A stretch of DNA of 64,000 bases from Tubiluchus corallicola (taxonomy: Eukaryota > Animalia > Priapulida). Below, in pieces: positions 59,327 to 64,000 of the stretch. Where the stretch lies: positions 917,173 through 981,172 of the forward strand of contig JAQGDQ010000007.1 in NCBI GenBank assembly GCA_030141605.1, in the 5' to 3' direction. The notes below the pieces were generated by a model, which did not search any database, was not told the DNA's origin, and saw nothing but the letters and a program-made list of their open reading frames with translations. The stretch's first letter is position 1; every line of letters starts with the position of its first letter. Made by a program: the position numbers and the translations under genes.

Positions 59327-60369
59327 CGGAATGAAGGTAAAAATGGTCCAAGTAAACATGGCGCAAATTGAAAAATAGGTAAAAATGGCACAGGAAAAAT
59401 TATATGGCGCAAGAAAAATGTCACAAATGGAAAAGTAGGTAAAATGGCACAGGCAAAAATGGAACAGAAAAAATGGCATAGTAAAATGAAACAGGTAAAA
59501 TGGCATAGACAAAAATGTGTCACTTAGTAAGATATGCTTAGGGTTAAGGTTACAGTAGAGGATAATTATTTTAGATATTTTTACATCTGCCAAGAAAGTT
59601 ATGCTTCAACATAGCTTGTTTGTTTGTTTGGCTGTATTTTCGCTGTTATGGCAAAAACTATCTAACATATTTCCAAGAGACTTTGTGAAGAAAGGCAGGT
59701 TGTAGGGTGCCAAAATGGGAATCTTTTTGTCGGTTCTTTTTTCGCAAAACTTGACCGAACTGCACGCACAAAAAACTTTCGTGAAGCACTTCACGGTCTC
59801 AGAGGGAGTGTTTAGTACTTGTTTTTTACTAGTTCCACGAGGACACACAACTACGAGTTAGTTCAAGGTTCCACTTCGAGAAAATTTCGCTTGTAAGCTG
59901 TGTAACGCTGTCTATAATCTTTGCTTATTAATGCGTCAACATTATAAGGTGACTTAGTAAGTATATATTTGTCAGTCTATTACCGCCGCCATAATTAATG
60001 GAGGAAAAGGTAGATAAAATCCCTAAGTGGAACATTCGTGCACTATTTTTTTATAAATCCATTTAGTGAACAAATATTTTGTGAGTCTTTTGATAGTCAA
60101 TATAATACCAATTTATGTACATTTTTGTATGTTTGCTTGTTTATCTCTGTGTTAAATTTTTTGAATGAAAATAATCAGGTTAATTAGATAAGGATTGTTC
60201 TGCTTTGGCAGAGATCTGCTTCCTACTGAGAACATTGAAGTTTTAGTATGGAAATCAATCGCATGAAAATAACATATGTGCCATTTTTCCTACTTTTTCA
60301 TTTGTGCCATTTTTCCTGTGCCAGTTTTACCTGTGCCGTCTTTTCTTGTGTCATTTTTACGTACATTCG
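59327..60369. mobile_element. Foldback/MULE-like non-autonomous element, family A copy 2
   Basis: AAAATGGCAC arrays at 59327-59523 and inverted GTGCCATTTTT arrays at 60277-60369. Confidence 0.7.
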
Positions 60370-63198
60370 ATTTTGCTTACTGCATAGTACTCTGCACAAA
60401 CAATGTTAAAGCAGAATCATTGTAATAGTCATAGTGCAAGACAGCTAGAAAGTATATAATCTGATACAAAATTTATGCAATGTTATCGTAAATCCTCTAG
60501 AATCTGCCAAAAATATGTAACTGTATGTAGATAAATTTTAAGAAAACGACCTTGTCTTAACTCGTTTTCAAAACAATAGTTAATGAGTCGGCTTTTCTCA
60601 ATGAAATCACGATCTCAGCACTCAGCAGTCACCGATGCAGCATCAGAACTGGGAGCGTAGTTAAGCCAAATTGTACTTTCGGGTCTTCGAGAGAAACTGT
60701 ACAACATTCCTTGCTCGAGTGTCTCTTATATATAGTTAGTGGAATGAACCTTGGGAAAAAATTAAACAAGCTATTACAATAAAATATTTTCCGGTTTAAC
60801 GTAAATAACTTGACCATTCAGCTGAACATTTCAACATTTCTTTTCGGATCCTCTCGACTAAGCCACGACCGAAATGTTACATTGTTTCAAACTGTCTAAG
60901 ACCTGTATAAATTATATTTTTTCATCAAATGATTGTAACTATTATTACTAATTTAACATCAATATTTAATTCAGTATATATTACTAACATGTAATTATCA
61001 TGCTTCACATGTTGTAACTTGCATTTTTTACATTACAGCCTAACATATTTTTAATTACTGACGTAGTTTGATAAGAATAAAATAATTTATGTTTCACACA
61101 CAAAGAAAAAGGCGATGTACGTGCAGTATGAAATGTTGTAGAATTAGGTACATTATGTAACCCTGGCGTTCTGATTGTGCAGCTATTCTGTATTGATGAA
61201 AAACTATGGCTACTACGAGTCGGATAATGGTAATAACAGTCATCATCCGTTGAGACAAAAAACGTAATATAAGGAACATAAAGAAGCCACCAAGAGCTTC
61301 TTGTGTGCTGAAGCATAAAGCTGCTAATAATGTAAGCAAGCGAAGTAACAGCTTGTGTGTGGGTGATTTACATCACATTGACTGAGAAAAGCTTCAATAA
61401 AATTATGCATATACAGTATAAGGTTCTTGACTCTAATTGACGTCGCTTTCAATTTCAATTTATCTCCAGAAGATGTACCTATTAGAAGTCCACTAATACA
61501 CTGATTATTGCGTTAACACTAGCTGTCAATCTATATACATATAAATATGAGAATCGAAGATGAATGCGTGTGCGCGGGCGTTTGTGTGTCCTTATTCTGT
61601 ACGCTAAGAATCACCACAGTCCTGGCAAGGTTAACGTAAAATTAGGTCGTTGTCCCTCCATATGGCGACCAAAATGTCGTCCAAAATATCACGTTTAGGG
61701 TATTCTGCTATATATAATGTCAAATGTGTTTTTAAAAATTTTAGAAGGCCCCGAGTTCGAATATTGACGTCCCACACTATCCAGATAAAGACCAGTATTT
61801 CAGGCCAAAGTGGCGTCCAAAATAACGGTTGATGGTGAAAAGACCACTGGACAAAGAACCACTAGTTAAAGGACAACCAGTTAAAGACCCAGCTTCAGCA
61901 TTTTAAAAATGGTCAAAGGTCAACGTGTCAGGAAAATGGACTGAGGACCGCTAGTGTTTGTGCTGACAGCAGCTTGAACGAAGTTACAACATATACTTAC
62001 GTTAATGTCTTACTTAATAAAATGTAGATGATAATTTTAGCCGATAATAATAATGATTGATAAAATATTTTTATCTTGTTTTATTTTCATTTAAAATTTA
62101 TTTCGTACGTTAACAATGTACGTGGTATGGTAAGAAAAGTTAAAACACCCAGCTGAACACAAGACTAAAAGATAAAAAAGCTAAGAAATTCACAAGACTG
62201 ACAACAGGTTAGAGAACTATATGCTTTAAAAATGTTAACGCAAAGTTGTTTTCATGAAGTAGGCTTGAAGATGAAGATTTTTTTGGAGTTTCTAATATGA
62301 AAACATCGTTTTTTAACAGAAGGTGGTGGCCTAATTATCGTCGCCAGCTTGTCACAGGTTTGATTATTTTTTTAAACTATCACTCGTGAATAATTATTGC
62401 TGCGCGCGTTTCAGATTTCTAAAAACAAGACAGTCAAGTCATTTCATTTGTCGCCACTGGGAAATGTTTTAATGTTTGACGATCGTTACAAGAAAAGTAT
62501 ATCATTGCAAGAAAGGTATGGCGCATGTTACTTCTGCCTGATATTAATTAGTGTCTATCATCGATGAAAGCGTACCATCTATAATCTAAACTCCATGAAA
62601 GCGTACCATTCTTATAAAAACAAACTTTGCTGTATACTACCGACTTCTTTCTTCTTGCGATAACCCCTTGGCTCCTGCGAAGTGCTGCATTTTATCTGAA
62701 GTTATTAGCAAAGAAAGATTAGTTAACAATAAAACTGAAATTAGTTGTTATGAGTTATACATGAAATGTAAACGTTGTTAGCTTAGACACACCCCAGCTC
62801 CAAGTCACAAAAACACATACTATTTTTAAATGAATATTTTCCAGTTAAATGTCTAGTGAAGTTAGGCACTGTAGCAAGAAATAGCTTTTTATTAAACATT
62901 TATTAAAACTAACCAATGTCAATTTGTAAATACAAAATACTGTCTCCAATCTGTTTTATTAAACATAATAAAGCTAAACTTAAACTTTTTATACATTTTA
63001 GAAATCTCTACAAATTTAATTTTCTTATGTTTTTCGTTTTTTGTTAATTTTCGTTCTTTAAAACATAATAATTTATTTTCTAATTGTAGCACAATTGAAT
63101 TATTCAATCCAGCATTTTTGGCATCGTGAGTAGAAGGTGAGTCATGAGAAATAAATAATGCAGAACTTCGTTATTTATCCTGATGGTGAGTTTAACCT

Positions 63199-63475
63199 CT
63201 GCAAATAATTATTATTTCAACACAAAGCAAAATGTATATCTATATCTCAAATGGTTTTTCGGTTGACATTTATGTGATCTGCTAATTTTTATTTGGTGGT
63301 TCTTTGACCAATGATCCTTTGTCTTTTCAATTGAAACATTGACTAGTGTTCCTTTTTCTGAAGGCTGTTTAACTGGTGGTCCTTTGTCCACTTTGATCCT
63401 ATGACCGGTGAACCTTTGTCTAATGGACCTTTGACCTGTGGTCCTTTGACATGTTTTCCCTTGTGGCGCGACCGG
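63199..63475 (-). repeat. Family B repeat arm, inverted copy
   Basis: Reverse complement aligns with 55117-55372. Confidence 0.75.
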
Positions 63476-64000
63476 GTTCAGATAGTTTATAATATAAGCC
63501 AACGTAAACTATTGTAGGCCTAAATCCGCTTGATTACGAATAGAGTTCATATAACAGCGTACGACTGAAAATAATTAGCAGGAAGTTAATAACAAAGAAA
63601 TGGGGTTATCAATTATGCGCAATTTATGACACGCATTTTTGATATTAAATAATGAACGCATATATTTGCATAAATTAATGTCAAGCGAATTTTAATTAAA
63701 CCTAATCAAACAACATCGATCCAATAAAAAGCTTAAATTTTTGAGTGTTTCAGAACGAGTTGGAGTTCTTTTGAAAGATATTCAGCAGGTCATTATTATC
63801 GCAGATTTTGGTATTTTTGTGTTAATTTAGAATTATACCTAATTTGATTGCAGGTCTTAAAATTTTAAACTGAAACTAAAATGAACTAGGACTGGGACAG
63901 TCTTGTTACGTTTTCTCTTTTTGGTAGTTAACATGCAGTCAGTGAGCTTTTTCCTATCCTGCTATTGGTAGCAAATGGATATTGACTATTTTTTGTATAT

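Overview
AT-rich, intron- and repeat-rich animal (invertebrate-like) genomic DNA; the taxon cannot be fixed from the sequence. (1) 185-18899 (-): the first 20 coding exons (~1850 codons, all splice phases checked by hand) of a polycystin-1-like (PKD1L/REJ family) gene: signal peptide-LamG-WSC-about 5 PKD-short REJ-GAIN/GPS-TM1-PLAT-TM2/3; it runs off the left edge. (2) A tRNA-Asp(GTC) gene at 23808-23879. (3) A nearly intact ~5.1 kb non-LTR retrotransposon on (-): gag-like ORF1, TAATG-coupled APE-RT ORF2 with a single in-frame TGA, and a (TAA)n tail. (4) 31147-47159 (+): 16 in-phase exons (~690 codons) of a type-I membrane protein with four PAN/apple domains, whose 5' exons I cannot find. (5) The signal-peptide exon of a third gene at 48711, followed by ~15 kb of TE-filled DNA. 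(6) Many MITEs, SINE remnants and microsatellites. I see no demonstrably new biological system. The best leads are a 36-bp array of duplicated exon-end plus splice-donor units at the GPS motif of the polycystin gene, and the apparently 5'-less PAN receptor lying head-to-head with the LINE 5' end. Family names come from motif recognition only; no searches were run.
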